This document shows, piece after piece, positions 18,219 through 28,319 of a DNA stretch of 64,000 nucleotides. The notes beneath the pieces are model-generated. The model made no database searches, was not told the origin of the DNA, and saw only the letters and a list, made by a program, of their open reading frames with translations. Every line of letters begins with the position of its first letter. The first letter of the stretch is position 1. Origin of the DNA: Peptococcia bacterium (GTDB taxonomy: Bacteria > Bacillota > Peptococcia > DRI-13 > DTU073); assembly GCA_050951605.1 (NCBI GenBank), contig JBMNJJ010000002.1:494661-558660 (forward strand), written 5' to 3'. The position numbers and the translations under genes were made by a program.

Positions 18219-18884
18219 TTAAAAAGAAGAAGGGAGTCGAGGGAATTTTTGGTAAAGCAACTGCGGACTGCTGAGGTCTTGTGGTGATATTTCTATGAGC
18301 TGTATTCCTTCATGATGAGTTAGTAAGTTTAAACTAAATGAACGTCGATAATAAAGAGGTGTTAGGAGTATAGCAAGTTTTCTCTTTGGTAAAAAGTAAT
18401 CGAGCTTGATACTGCGAAAGGAGTAGTTTTTAATTATTTTTTCTTGCGGATAAAGAGCTGTAATAAATTTATCTAAGTTGATTTTAACTTCCGATTTTTT
18501 AGAGGAAGTATTTATTTTGGTGAGGGGATGAATAGTTGATACTTCACTAATGTTAGTTTGAGGTTGTTTTTTAGGTTGATTATGAAAAATAGGCAAGGCA
18601 AAGATTGCTTCTAATGTTGGTTCAAGATTACCAAAACATTTTTGTAATTTAGGAGGGGGCAATTTTTGGGCAATTAACTGTCTATAGATTTGTTCGAGGG
18701 GTAATTCATTTCTTTGCAGTAGTTGCTTGAGGAGAAGGTTTGTTTTGTTTATGAGGGTTTCTGCTTGGGGGAGATGTTTATTAAAATCTTCTTTTTCTAA
18801 TTGGCTCATTTGGATAATGATTTGAATAAGGTTATCTATATTGCCAAGAATGTTTTTTTCAATTTCCGTGGTGTTTATTGACAT
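18219..18884 (-). CDS. hypothetical protein (221 aa)
   Basis: Long ORF with no overlap and its own upstream AT-rich region. I recognise no family. Confidence 0.45.
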   Translation of the reverse strand: MSINTTEIEKNILGNIDNLIQIIIQMSQLEKEDFNKHLPQAETLINKTNLLLKQLLQRNELPLEQIYRQLIAQKLPPPKLQKCFGNLEPTLEAIFALPIFHNQPKKQPQTNISEVSTIHPLTKINTSSKKSEVKINLDKFITALYPQEKIIKNYSFRSIKLDYFLPKRKLAILLTPLYYRRSFSLNLLTHHEGIQLIEISPQDLSSPQLLYQKFPRLPSSF

Positions 18885-18979
18885 TTTATCACTCCCATAA
18901 AAAAGATATATCTAGTAAATCTTTATGTATAAGCATAAAAAAATAGACGTAGTTTTCGTGAAAAAACAATTAAAACCAC

Positions 18980-19008
18980 TTGACCTAAGTAAAGATATTT
19001 GTTAATAT
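18980..19008 (+). promoter_or_regulatory. sigma-A-type promoter for the tRNA array
   Basis: TTGACC, 17 nt, TAATAT, about 20 nt upstream of the first tRNA. Confidence 0.55.
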
Positions 19009-19028
19009 ATAATTCGTCACGTTAAGAG

Positions 19029-19105
19029 CGGGGTATAGCGCAGTTTGGTAGCGCACCTGGTTTGGGACCAGGGTGTCGGGGGTTCAAATCCCTCTACCCC
19101 GACCA
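19029..19105 (+). tRNA. tRNA-Pro (anticodon TGG)
   Basis: Cloverleaf with anticodon arm cctgg-ttTGGga-ccagg, T-loop ttcaaat, encoded CCA. Confidence 0.9.
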
Positions 19106-19124
19106 AAAATAGATTGCTGAATCT

Positions 19125-19199
19125 GGCCCGGTGGTCAAGTGGTTAAGACACGGCCCTTTCAAGGCTGCGACACGGGTTCAACTCCCGTCCGGGTCACCA
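19125..19199 (+). tRNA. tRNA-Glu (anticodon TTC)
   Basis: ggcccgg acceptor, anticodon arm cggcc-ctTTCaa-ggctg, encoded CCA. Confidence 0.9.
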
Positions 19200-19219
19200 G
19201 TTTTTATTAGTATTGTTGT

Positions 19220-19295
19220 GGAGCTGTGGTGTAGTGGTTAACATGCCTGCCTGTCACGCAGGAGATCGCGAGTTCGACTCTCGTCAGCTCCGCCA
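19220..19295 (+). tRNA. tRNA-Asp (anticodon GTC)
   Basis: ggagctg acceptor, anticodon loop ctGTCac, T-loop ttcgact, encoded CCA. Confidence 0.9.
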
Positions 19296-19302
19296 TATAT
19301 AT

Positions 19303-19378
19303 GCCGACGTAGCTCAATTGGCAGAGCAGCTGACTTGTAATCAGCAGGTTGCGGGTTCGAGTCCCATCGTCGGCTCCA
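19303..19378 (+). tRNA. tRNA-Thr (anticodon TGT)
   Basis: gccgacg acceptor, anticodon arm gctga-ctTGTaa-tcagc. One C:A mismatch in the T stem. Confidence 0.85.
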
Positions 19379-19386
19379 AAAATTCT

Positions 19387-19472
<86 letters not shown>

Positions 19473-19489
19473 TTTGTATTTATTGATGT

Positions 19490-19565
19490 TGGGGCGTAGC
19501 CAAGTTGGTAAGGCAACGGACTTTGACTCCGTGATTCGTAGGTTCGAGTCCTGCCGCCCCAGCCA
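19490..19565 (+). tRNA. tRNA-Gln (anticodon TTG)
   Basis: tggggcg acceptor, anticodon arm acgga-ctTTGac-tccgt, encoded CCA. Confidence 0.9.
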
Positions 19566-19606
19566 TTTTAATTTAATAAAGAAGAGGAAGATATATGTTC
19601 ATACAA

Positions 19607-19693
19607 GCGGCTGTGGCGGAATTGGCAGACGCGCTAGATTCAGGTTCTAGTGCCCAGAAGGGCATGGAGGTTCAAGTCCTCTCAGCCGCACCA
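19607..19693 (+). tRNA. tRNA-Leu (anticodon CAG), long variable arm
   Basis: gcggctg acceptor, anticodon arm ctaga-ttCAGgt-tctag, class II variable arm, encoded CCA. Confidence 0.9.
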
Positions 19694-19701
19694 CTTTAAC
19701 G

Positions 19702-19725
19702 AAAAGGCTTTGCAGCCTTTTTTTA
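19702..19725 (+). terminator. rho-independent terminator closing the tRNA array
   Basis: aaaggct-ttgc-agccttt followed by a T-run. Confidence 0.7.
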
Positions 19726-19827
19726 TTTCTTAAAATGGGCGAAAAAATTAGCATAAATAAAATAGGCTAATTTTACGTTAATTAGGGGAAAATATTGATT
19801 GTGACTTTAAAAAATTTACCAAAAAGA

Positions 19828-19856
19828 TTGACAAAAACAAGAAAGACAAGTATTTT
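19828..19856 (+). promoter_or_regulatory. possible sigma-A promoter for rubrerythrin
   Basis: TTGACA, 17 nt, TATTTT. The -10 element is weak. Confidence 0.35.
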
Positions 19857-19878
19857 AATAAAAAGGAGGTTTTACAAT

Positions 19879-20415
19879 ATGAAAAACTTAAAAGGAACAA
19901 AAACTGAAAAAAATTTACAAGAAGCATTTGCGGGAGAATCTCAAGCTAGAAATAAGTATACTTATTTTGCCTCTGTAGCCAAAAAAGAAGGGTATGAACA
20001 AATAGCGGCATTTTTTCAGGAAACAGCAGATAATGAAAAAGAGCATGCTAAATTACATTTTAAAAAGTTAATGGGGATTGGAACAACAATAGAAAATTTG
20101 CAGGCTGCTGCTGGTGGTGAAAACGAAGAATGGACAGAGATGTATCCGCGTATGGCCAAAGAAGCCAGAGAAGAAGGCTTTGAGGATATTGCTCGCCTGT
20201 TTGAAGGAATAGCTGAAATTGAAAAACATCATGAACATCGTTATAAGGCTTTGTTGAAAAATATTGAGGAAGGTTCAGTATTTCAAAAAGAAGGTAAGGT
20301 TTATTGGAAGTGTCGGAATTGTGGTTACATACATGAGGCGGATGTAGCTCCGAAAGTATGTCCGGTTTGTGCTCATCCCCAAGCATATTTTGAAGTTGAG
20401 GGTGAAAATTATTAA
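19879..20415 (+). CDS. rbr: rubrerythrin
   Basis: Ferritin-like di-iron part ([24 protein letters not shown]) plus a C-terminal rubredoxin CRNCGY...CPVCAHP. ATG 19879 follows AAGGAGG. Confidence 0.9.
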   Translation: MKNLKGTKTEKNLQEAFAGESQARNKYTYFASVAKKEGYEQIAAFFQETADNEKEHAKLHFKKLMGIGTTIENLQAAAGGENEEWTEMYPRMAKEAREEGFEDIARLFEGIAEIEKHHEHRYKALLKNIEEGSVFQKEGKVYWKCRNCGYIHEADVAPKVCPVCAHPQAYFEVEGENY

Positions 20416-20541
20416 GTCTAGATTATTGTTTTGGGAAATTAGATAAAAAAGTTTATTTTAGGGTTGCAATGACAATAGCATCTATGTTAAGATATGACAT
20501 ATTTACAAATAATTTATTTAGATGAGAGGAGAGAGTTAGAG

Positions 20542-21903
20542 ATGAGTAGAGTTGAGCTGACCAAAATTATTTTACCGGAGGAGAAGATCCCGAAGTATTG
20601 GTATAATGTGCAGGCCGATATGCCGAATCTGCCGGCACCGGGATTGCATCCCCAGACGAAAAAACCTCTTACGCCTGATGATTTAACACCTATTTTTCCG
20701 TTAACTTTAATTGAGCAGGAGGTATCTACGGAAAGATATATTGAGATTCCTCAAGCAGTAAGGGAGATTTATAAACAATGGAGACCATCTCCTTTGTTTA
20801 GGGCTAGACGGTTAGAAAAGGCTTTGGATACTCCTTGCCGTATTTATTATAAATATGAAGGGGTAAGTCCGGTAGGTAGTCATAAGTTAAACAGTGCGAT
20901 TCCGCAAGTCTATTTTAATAAAATGGCCGGTATTAAAAAGTTGACTACAGAAACTGGTGCCGGACAGTGGGGAACCGCTCTTTCTTTGGCCAGTAAAATG
21001 TTTGGTTTAGAATGTGTTGTTTATATGGTGCGAATAAGTTTTCAGCAAAAACCTTATCGGCGTGTGTTTATGAAAACTTATGGTGCGGAATGTATTCCCA
21101 GCCCTAGTGAAAGGACGGAGATTGGTCGGAAAATATTGCGCGAATATCCTGATACTCCGGGGACACTGGGTATTGCCATTAGTGAAGCAATTGAAGAGGC
21201 TGTGCAGTGTACGGATACTAATTATGCTTTAGGTAGTGTTCTTAATCATGTTTGTCTGCATCAATCGATTATTGGACAAGAGGTAAAGCTACAATTAGAA
21301 ATGGTTGATGACTATCCTGATGTGGTGATTGGTTGTTGTGGTGGCGGCAGTAATTTTGCTGGAATTGCTTTCCCTTTCATTCCAGATAAATTAAAGGGTA
21401 AAAATGTTAGACTTGTAGCTGTAGAACCGGCGGCTTGTCCTTCGCTTACTAAAGGAAAATTTGCCTATGATTATTGTGATGTGGCGGGTTTAACACCTCT
21501 TTTAAAAATGTATACTTTAGGATCTAATTTTACTCCGGCCGGAATTCATGCCGGTGGCTTGCGTTATCATGGAGGTTCTCCTTTACTGAGTCAACTTTAT
21601 CATGATGGGTTTTTAGAGGCGAAAGCGGTAAAGCAAAAAGGTGTTTTTGAAGCAGCTGTACTTTTTGCCCAAACGGAAGGAATTGTTCCTGCTCCTGAAT
21701 CGGCCCATGCGATTAAAGCAGCACTTGATGAAGCTTTAGAAGGTAAAAAAGAAGGAGTGTCCAGAAGTATTGTGTTCAATTTAAGTGGGCATGGGCACTT
21801 AGACCTTACTGCTTATGAGAATTATTTTGCGGGGAAAATTAAGGATATAGTTATTTCTGAGGAAGAAATACAGGAAAACATTAAAAGATTGCCTGTAGTG
21901 TAA
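20542..21903 (+). CDS. TrpB-like PLP enzyme (tryptophan synthase beta, TrpB2 class)
   Basis: PLP-lysine motif [14 protein letters not shown], about 450 aa with the TrpB2-type N-terminal extension. ATG 20542 follows a GAGAGGAGAG RBS. Confidence 0.85.
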   Translation: MSRVELTKIILPEEKIPKYWYNVQADMPNLPAPGLHPQTKKPLTPDDLTPIFPLTLIEQEVSTERYIEIPQAVREIYKQWRPSPLFRARRLEKALDTPCRIYYKYEGVSPVGSHKLNSAIPQVYFNKMAGIKKLTTETGAGQWGTALSLASKMFGLECVVYMVRISFQQKPYRRVFMKTYGAECIPSPSERTEIGRKILREYPDTPGTLGIAISEAIEEAVQCTDTNYALGSVLNHVCLHQSIIGQEVKLQLEMVDDYPDVVIGCCGGGSNFAGIAFPFIPDKLKGKNVRLVAVEPAACPSLTKGKFAYDYCDVAGLTPLLKMYTLGSNFTPAGIHAGGLRYHGGSPLLSQLYHDGFLEAKAVKQKGVFEAAVLFAQTEGIVPAPESAHAIKAALDEALEGKKEGVSRSIVFNLSGHGHLDLTAYENYFAGKIKDIVISEEEIQENIKRLPVV

Positions 21904-21933
21904 GGTGGCAAGGGGAAATAACCAAATTTAAGA

Positions 21934-21970
21934 AAAAGCTCTGGTTAAACTAGAGCTTTTTTGGTTTTTT
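21934..21970 (+). terminator. rho-independent terminator after trpB2
   Basis: agctctgg / ctagagct stem followed by T-runs. Confidence 0.7.
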
Positions 21971-22064
21971 TGTTCTTTATAGATGATTTTTGTGCTAAAA
22001 TAAATTAAGTATATAGTTTTGCTAATTTTTGTCTTTAATAAATTTATGAGAGAGGAGTTTTAGG

Positions 22065-23669
22065 ATGAATATTCAATTTTATGGTGCTGCAGGAACAGTA
22101 ACCGGTTCCTGTTTTTTGGTAACAACAGAACAGCACAAGTTTTTAGTAGATTGCGGTTTGTTTCAGGGTTCAAAGGCTTTGAAGGAATTAAACTATGGTC
22201 CTTTTCCTTTTGAGCCTGCGGAAATTGATTTTATTTTATTAACGCATGCTCATATTGACCATAGTGGGTTAATTCCGAAGTTATATAAAAAAGGTTTTTG
22301 CGGCAATATTTTTACTACTAAAGCGACAACGGAGTTATGTAGTGTTGTTTTACCTGATAGTGGACATATTCAAGAGATGGAAGTTGAACGGAAAAATAGA
22401 AAGCTGGCACGTAGTGGCGAAACTTTATTAGAACCAATATATACAGCGGAAGATGCGAGAAAATGTATGAAGCTTTTTAGAAGTTATCATTATGAGCAAC
22501 AGTTTGAAGTAGCTTCGGGAATTAAGGTAAAATTTTATGATGCTGGTCATATTCTCGGCTCGGCGATGATTGAAGTGCTGCTCAAGGATAACGGGGTAGA
22601 AAAGAAGGTTATTTTTACGGGTGATATTGGTAATACCGATACGGCGATAGTTGAAGACCCTACTAAAATAAAAGAAGCAGATATTGTTGTTATGGAATCA
22701 ACTTATGGTAATCGCTATCATTTAGAAACAGAAGATAGGTTGAAGTCTTTAGCCGGGGTGGTAAAACGGACGATGTTTAAAGGAGGTAATTTGGTTATTC
22801 CTAGTTTTGCTGTGGAAAGAACCCAAGACCTTGTTTATTATCTTAAAATAATGAAAGATAAAGGACAAATCCCTCCGGTAGATATATATATTGATAGTCC
22901 GATGGCTGTAGAAGCAACTAAAGTATTTATTCAAAACCCTGAATGTTTTGATGAAGAAGCTTCTATAATGATAAAAGGAAAGGGTGCAGAGACGCTTTTT
23001 ACGGGGAAAGATATTCATTATGTTTTATCGACAGAGGACTCTATCGCTTTAAATAAGATTAAAGGTGGATCGATTATAATTTCAGCCAGTGGGATGGCTG
23101 ATGCCGGTAGAATCAAGCATCATCTTAAGCATAATCTTTGGCGCCCGGAATCAACTGTTTTGTTTGTAGGGTATCAAGCCCAAGGAACTTTAGGAAGAAG
23201 AATTTTGGATGGTGAAAAGAAAGTAAGAATTCATGGTGAGCAAATTGCTGTAAATGCTACTGTGGAAAGGATTGATGACTTTTCTTCCCATGCTGACCAA
23301 GCAGGATTGTTAGAGTGGTTGAAAGGATTTGAAAAAACTCCACAACACGTCATTTTGGTGCATGGAGAGGAAGAGGCTTTGACTACTTTACAAAGAGTAA
23401 TCGAGAGTGATTTAGGGATAACAGCCCAAATTGCTGAATATGGTATGATTTATGATGTTGTGTTAGAAGAACCGGTATTAGGGAAAGTGGAACTTCCGGC
23501 TGCTACCATAGTTGCAGCTGCTTTGGAACCTAACTTAAAGAATGCGTTTGCGATTATCGAAGAAAGTATACTTCTTCAGTCTAAACAGCAGGGCTGTGAT
23601 ACTAAAGTTTTGCAACGTTTATTGGCACAGCTTGCCGAGATAGAGCGTGAACTACAGAAAGTTAGTTAA
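22065..23669 (+). CDS. MBL-fold beta-CASP family hydrolase (RNA-metabolising nuclease-like)
   Basis: HAHIDHSG (HxHxDH), ESTYG, and late His motifs (SSHAD, LVHGE) in beta-CASP order. Confidence 0.8.
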   Translation: MNIQFYGAAGTVTGSCFLVTTEQHKFLVDCGLFQGSKALKELNYGPFPFEPAEIDFILLTHAHIDHSGLIPKLYKKGFCGNIFTTKATTELCSVVLPDSGHIQEMEVERKNRKLARSGETLLEPIYTAEDARKCMKLFRSYHYEQQFEVASGIKVKFYDAGHILGSAMIEVLLKDNGVEKKVIFTGDIGNTDTAIVEDPTKIKEADIVVMESTYGNRYHLETEDRLKSLAGVVKRTMFKGGNLVIPSFAVERTQDLVYYLKIMKDKGQIPPVDIYIDSPMAVEATKVFIQNPECFDEEASIMIKGKGAETLFTGKDIHYVLSTEDSIALNKIKGGSIIISASGMADAGRIKHHLKHNLWRPESTVLFVGYQAQGTLGRRILDGEKKVRIHGEQIAVNATVERIDDFSSHADQAGLLEWLKGFEKTPQHVILVHGEEEALTTLQRVIESDLGITAQIAEYGMIYDVVLEEPVLGKVELPAATIVAAALEPNLKNAFAIIEESILLQSKQQGCDTKVLQRLLAQLAEIERELQKVS

Positions 23670-23779
23670 AAGAGTTTAAGAATAAAATTGGAAATAAAGA
23701 AAAGTAGTAGGAATTAGCTGAACAATGTCGAAATTATTCCTTGGGTGTATTTATAAAAACCGAGGGGTAGGGAAAATTT

Positions 23780-24970
23780 ATGAAGCAGTTGAAGAAATAT
23801 TTATTAGGTTTTTTGGTTCTGATAGGAGTTGTTTTTATAACTGGTCTCTATGCTAAAATTGATGATTCTACAGAATTCAGAGAGTGTAAAAATATTAATG
23901 AAGCAGAAAAGCTCAGAGAATTATCGAAATTATTGCCCCGGGTAGAAAAAGAGGAGTTTATTGAGCAAGGGCTAAACAATGACTTAAGACCTTTAAAAAA
24001 GGAACCTGTAAAAGTGAAAGGTTTATATATGAGTGGTCAAGCTTTTAACTCTACACAACTTTTTTCTTCCTTGGTTAAACTAGTAGACGAAACAGAATTA
24101 AATGCTTTAGTAATTGATTTAAAGGATGACCTGGGTGTTCTTACTACAGATTTAGATGTACAGTTAGCGAAAGATTTAAAAATTCGTACATATAGGGGTA
24201 GGGATGCTGCAGAAAATATGAATATTTTATTGAGTAAAAACATTTATCCTATTGCCCGAATTGTTGTTTTTAAAGATCCCTCTTTGGCTGAAAATAAGCC
24301 TGAATTAGCTTTGAGACGTCAGGATGGTACTATTTGGCGTGATCGCAAGAAGTTGGCCTGGGTAGACCCTCATCACCGGGAAGTATGGGAATATGCGGTT
24401 AATATAGCTAAAGAGGCTGCTAAAATGGGTTTTAGAGAAATTCAGTTTGATTATGTGCGCTTTCCTAGTGATGGGAATATGCAGGATGTAGTTTACCCTT
24501 ATGCTGACGGACATAAGAAAGAAGATGTAATCCATAAATTTTTACAGTTCGCGAAAAAGGAGTTGGAGCCTTATAATGTTTTTTTAGCTGCTGATGTTTT
24601 TGGTCTGACGACGATGACCCTTGATGATATGGGTATCGGGCAGAAGTTTGAAAAGATTATTACAGAAGTTGATTATGTTTGTCCAATGGTTTATCCTTCT
24701 CATTATGGACCTGGAAATTATGGTTTTGCGAATCCTAATGCGTATCCATATGAAGTAGTGCAAAAGGCACTTCTTGACGGATTGGAAAAGGTTGGAGATA
24801 CACCTGTGGTGATTAGACCTTGGTTACAGGATTTTAATCTGGGGAAACCGGCTTATGGTTCTACGGAAGTGAGGGCTCAGATTAAGGCTGCGTATGATGT
24901 AGGGCTTGAGGAATGGTTTCTTTGGAATGCTAGGAATAAATATACTGACAGTGCTTTGTTAAGAAATTAA
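23780..24970 (+). CDS. putative glycoside hydrolase (DUF4015-like), N-terminal signal/TM anchor
   Basis: TM anchor at the N-terminus, then GLYMSG, LNALVIDLKDD, WVDP, GFREIQFDYVRFP, as I recall for DUF4015. Confidence 0.65.
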   Translation: MKQLKKYLLGFLVLIGVVFITGLYAKIDDSTEFRECKNINEAEKLRELSKLLPRVEKEEFIEQGLNNDLRPLKKEPVKVKGLYMSGQAFNSTQLFSSLVKLVDETELNALVIDLKDDLGVLTTDLDVQLAKDLKIRTYRGRDAAENMNILLSKNIYPIARIVVFKDPSLAENKPELALRRQDGTIWRDRKKLAWVDPHHREVWEYAVNIAKEAAKMGFREIQFDYVRFPSDGNMQDVVYPYADGHKKEDVIHKFLQFAKKELEPYNVFLAADVFGLTTMTLDDMGIGQKFEKIITEVDYVCPMVYPSHYGPGNYGFANPNAYPYEVVQKALLDGLEKVGDTPVVIRPWLQDFNLGKPAYGSTEVRAQIKAAYDVGLEEWFLWNARNKYTDSALLRN

Positions 24971-25607
24971 GCATTGACGATGTAAAGGTAAAGTCCATAA
25001 TTTGTTAGTTTGGTATTCAATAATATTAATGGGGTGATTTTTATAGATTAATTTTCCACATTTGAGACAATATTCATTTTTACTGGCTAGTGCTTTGATA
25101 GCTTTTGGTGGTTGTTTGTAGACCATTTTTGCCAACTTTTCCAGCCGGTTTTACAGAGAGTAGGCTCTGTTTTTAAAGTCAGCCATAACCCATTTAAAAA
25201 GACGGTGAAAACCGAAAGCATAACGAGCATGGATGATAAAGTTTGTTGGAAGCCCTAGCTTTATTACATAATGGTTAAATGATGTTTCGACTTTGTTTTG
25301 TAAGAGGACCTTCGATTTTTGTGTTTTCCCAATGATAACCTTGTACGGAAAGCCATTTTCGCAGTTGATCAAAGATATAACCTCGACAGAGATAAATAGT
25401 TTCATTTTTACTGATTCGCAGTTGTTGAAAAGCTTTTTCAACAATAGTAATTACATAGTCTTGATATTTCTTTTCTGCAAAAGAGGTATTTTGAAAATAG
25501 TGTATAGGAATAAGGTTAAAGAGATATTCTTGAGTTTCTTTTTTAAAGATACCTATTCCTGTTCCTCCAATGAGACTTCCACTTCCGGCATCATCTATTT
25601 CAATCAT
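24958..25607 (-). pseudogene. uncharacterised protein with RNase-HII-like N-terminal motif and C-terminal CxxC segment; one frameshift (~25291-25303) and one in-frame TAA (25151-25153)
   Basis: Track ORFs 25275..25607(-) and 25151..25444(-) join sensibly (..TKIEGPL / QNKVETSFNHYVIKLG..). The frame continues after the TAA as NRLEKLAKMVYKQPPKAIKALASKNEYCLKCGK..HRQCLIS*. Confidence 0.45.
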
Positions 25608-25798
25608 TAATTAATAACACCTCGTATTTTAGTAGTTTAGAAAAAGTAAAAAGTATTTTTATTATTTCATTTATAATAGATTAATATTAATAAGTAGGTT
25701 TTAAAGAAGAGAGTTACAAAGAATACAATGAGCAACTTCCGAACTAGTAATTTAAGTCCAAATCGGCTGCTGCTCATAATATACAAGGAGGCAAAACA

Positions 25799-27418
25799 GT
25801 GAAATTTGAGAAGATAAATGGTTTGCTTTGGTCAAAACTATTAATTGCTTCTAGTATATATTTAGAAGAAAGAAAACAAGCTGTTGATGAATTAAATGTT
25901 TTTCCTGTGCCTGATGGGGATACAGGTACAAATATGAGTTTAACGATGGTTTCAGCGGCTAAAAAATTAAGAGAGAAGAAGGAAGAAGACCTGGATAAGG
26001 CGACTAATTTGATGGCTCATGGTGCTTTGATGGGAGCTAGAGGAAATTCTGGAGTTATTCTTTCTCAGCTTTTAGCAGGTTTTGCTAGAAGTACAAAGGG
26101 ACAAAAAGAAATTGGAGCTCAGGAATTTTGTCAAGCCTTGGCTGTATCTGTGGAAACTGCGTATAAAGCGGTGATGAATCCTGTTGAAGGAACTATTCTT
26201 ACTGTTTCTAGAGAGGCTTCTCAGAGCAGCGATGAATGAATTAAAAAATGCGGATAGTTCTTTGGATTCTGTTTTTCAGGCAGCTTATCGTGGAGCTTAT
26301 GAGGCTTTACAAAAAACCCCATTAATGTTATCTGTTTTGCAACAAGCCGGGGTTGTAGATGCCGGTGGTCAAGGTTTAGTTTATATTCTTGAGGGAATGT
26401 TGGCAGCTCTTGATAATGATTTGCTTAAGGAGCCGAACTTTTTCTTTTTCTGCTACTGATGTTGTGAAAAAGGAAACTGATTTTGCTGAGGGAAAAGGTT
26501 TTAACGTATCAATATTGTACGGAATTTATTTTAAAGAAAAAGAATAAAGAATTACCTTTGGAAGAGATTAAGGCTTTTTTGGCGAATAAAGGTGATTGTT
26601 TGCTTGTTGTTGGTAATAGTGAAACGGGGAAAATTCATATTCATACGAATTTACCTGGTAAGGTTTTAGATTATTGTACAGGGCTAGGGACTCTTCATCA
26701 AGTTAAAATAGATAATATGAATGAACAGAGTGAGGAGATGAGTCTCAAAGAAAAAGCTGTAAAACGCGTAGGAATTATTACGGTATCTTTTGGTACTGGT
26801 TTAAATGATGTTTTTAGAAGTTTAGGTGTGGATACCGTGATTGAAGGCGGGCAGACGATGAATCCGAGTACACAGGAATTTATTAATGCCATTGATCAAG
26901 TAATGGCTGAAGAAGTAATTATATTACCTAATAATACTAATATTTTTTTAGCAGCACAGCAGGCTGCAGGTGTAGCCTCTAAACCTACTAAAGTGGTAGC
27001 CACGAAGACAATTCCTCAGGGAATTGCTGCTTTAATGGTTTTTAATGCAGAAAATAACCTAGAAGCTAATAAAAAGAAGATGGAGGAAGCTTGTAAACAG
27101 ATAATTACTTTAGAGGTAACTTATGCGGTAAGGGATGCTCAATATGAGAACCATGTTATTAAGAAAGGACAAATTTTAGGTCTGGGTGAAGGAGAATTAA
27201 TTGTTACCGGTACTAAGGTAGAAGATGTTGTAGAACAATTGATTGTTCACTTTTTGCGACCTGAACATGAGTTGATTACAGTTTACTATGGTGAGGACCT
27301 GCAAGAGAAAGATGCGGCAAAAATGGTGGAGGTATTGTCACAGAAATATACTCAGCTTGATTTTGAACTACATTATGGAGGTCAGCCTTTATATTATTAT
27401 TTAATTTCTATTGAATAG
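25799..27418 (+). pseudogene. fakA: fatty-acid kinase subunit FakA (DAK2-domain protein YloV), split by three +1 frameshifts (~26225, ~26436-26456, ~26493-26496)
   Basis: Three track ORFs are colinear with YloV: the Dak2 part (NVFPVPDGDTGTNM), then ..QQAGVVDAGGQGLVYILEGML, then YQYCTEFILK...HIHTN. The linker SFSATDVVKKETDFAEGK is in the remaining frame. Confidence 0.8.
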
Positions 27419-27435
27419 AAATGGGGTGTATAAAG

Positions 27436-28296
27436 ATGGCGAAAATAAAAATTGTTACTGATAGTACGGCAGATATACCGCCCGCATTATTAAAAAAATA
27501 TGATATTGCTGTTATTCCTCTTAAAGTTTGTTTTGGTGAAAAAACTTATCGGGAAGATGTAGACCTTAATCCAATGGAGTTTTATAAAAAACTGGTAACA
27601 TTTAATGGTCTTCCTTCTACTTCACAGCCTTCTCCCGGTGAGTTTTACGAATTTTATAAAGCCTTAACTGAAGATGGTGCTTCAGTTATTTCTATTCATA
27701 TTTCAAGTTTAATGTCAGGAACTAGTCAATCGGCTCGTATTGCCACGTCCTTACTTCCGGATAGGGAGATTACGGTTGTGGATAGCAAACTGGTTTCCTT
27801 TGCTTTAGGTATTGTGGTTATAGCGGCTGCTAAAGCAGCTAAAATGGGCAAAAGCAAGGCAGAGATTATGAAATTAATTGAGACAATGATCGAGAATGTA
27901 CATACTTATTTTGTAGTAGATACACTTGATTATTTAGAAAGGAATGGGAGAATTGGTAAAGCGGTATCTTTACTGGGGACAATGTTAAATCTTAAACCAA
28001 TTTTGACGTTTGAAGATGGTTTAATTGCTCCTTATGAAAAAGTTAGGGGTAAGGGTAAGGCTTTAGAACAAATTATTAAAATAGCTAAAAAGCATTCGCA
28101 AGAGCATGGGGAATTATGCTGTTTTGTTTTTCATGCTAATGTTTTTGAGCAAGCTGTTAAATTTAAGCAGAAGGTAAAGCAAGACTTAAACTGTGAGGAA
28201 ATTATGATTGGAGATATAGGTGCAGTTGTAGGAACACACGCCGGACCTGGAATTATGGCCTTGTTTTTTTATGATAAAAAGTTTGAAGTTAGTTAA
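27436..28296 (+). CDS. DegV-family fatty-acid-binding protein (FakB)
   Basis: KIKIVTDSTADIP, PSTSQPSPGEF, IHISSLMSGT, VVDTLDYLERNGRIGKA. Confidence 0.85.
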   Translation: MAKIKIVTDSTADIPPALLKKYDIAVIPLKVCFGEKTYREDVDLNPMEFYKKLVTFNGLPSTSQPSPGEFYEFYKALTEDGASVISIHISSLMSGTSQSARIATSLLPDREITVVDSKLVSFALGIVVIAAAKAAKMGKSKAEIMKLIETMIENVHTYFVVDTLDYLERNGRIGKAVSLLGTMLNLKPILTFEDGLIAPYEKVRGKGKALEQIIKIAKKHSQEHGELCCFVFHANVFEQAVKFKQKVKQDLNCEEIMIGDIGAVVGTHAGPGIMALFFYDKKFEVS

Positions 28297-28319
28297 CACA
28301 GTTAAAGGAGGGGCAATTT

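Noticed and set aside
25293-25610. Track ORF (+) of 105 aa.
   Set aside because: It is antisense to the better-supported minus-strand ORF, which has an RBS-less but conserved-looking DDAGSG start. The translation is low-complexity and F/I/K-rich.
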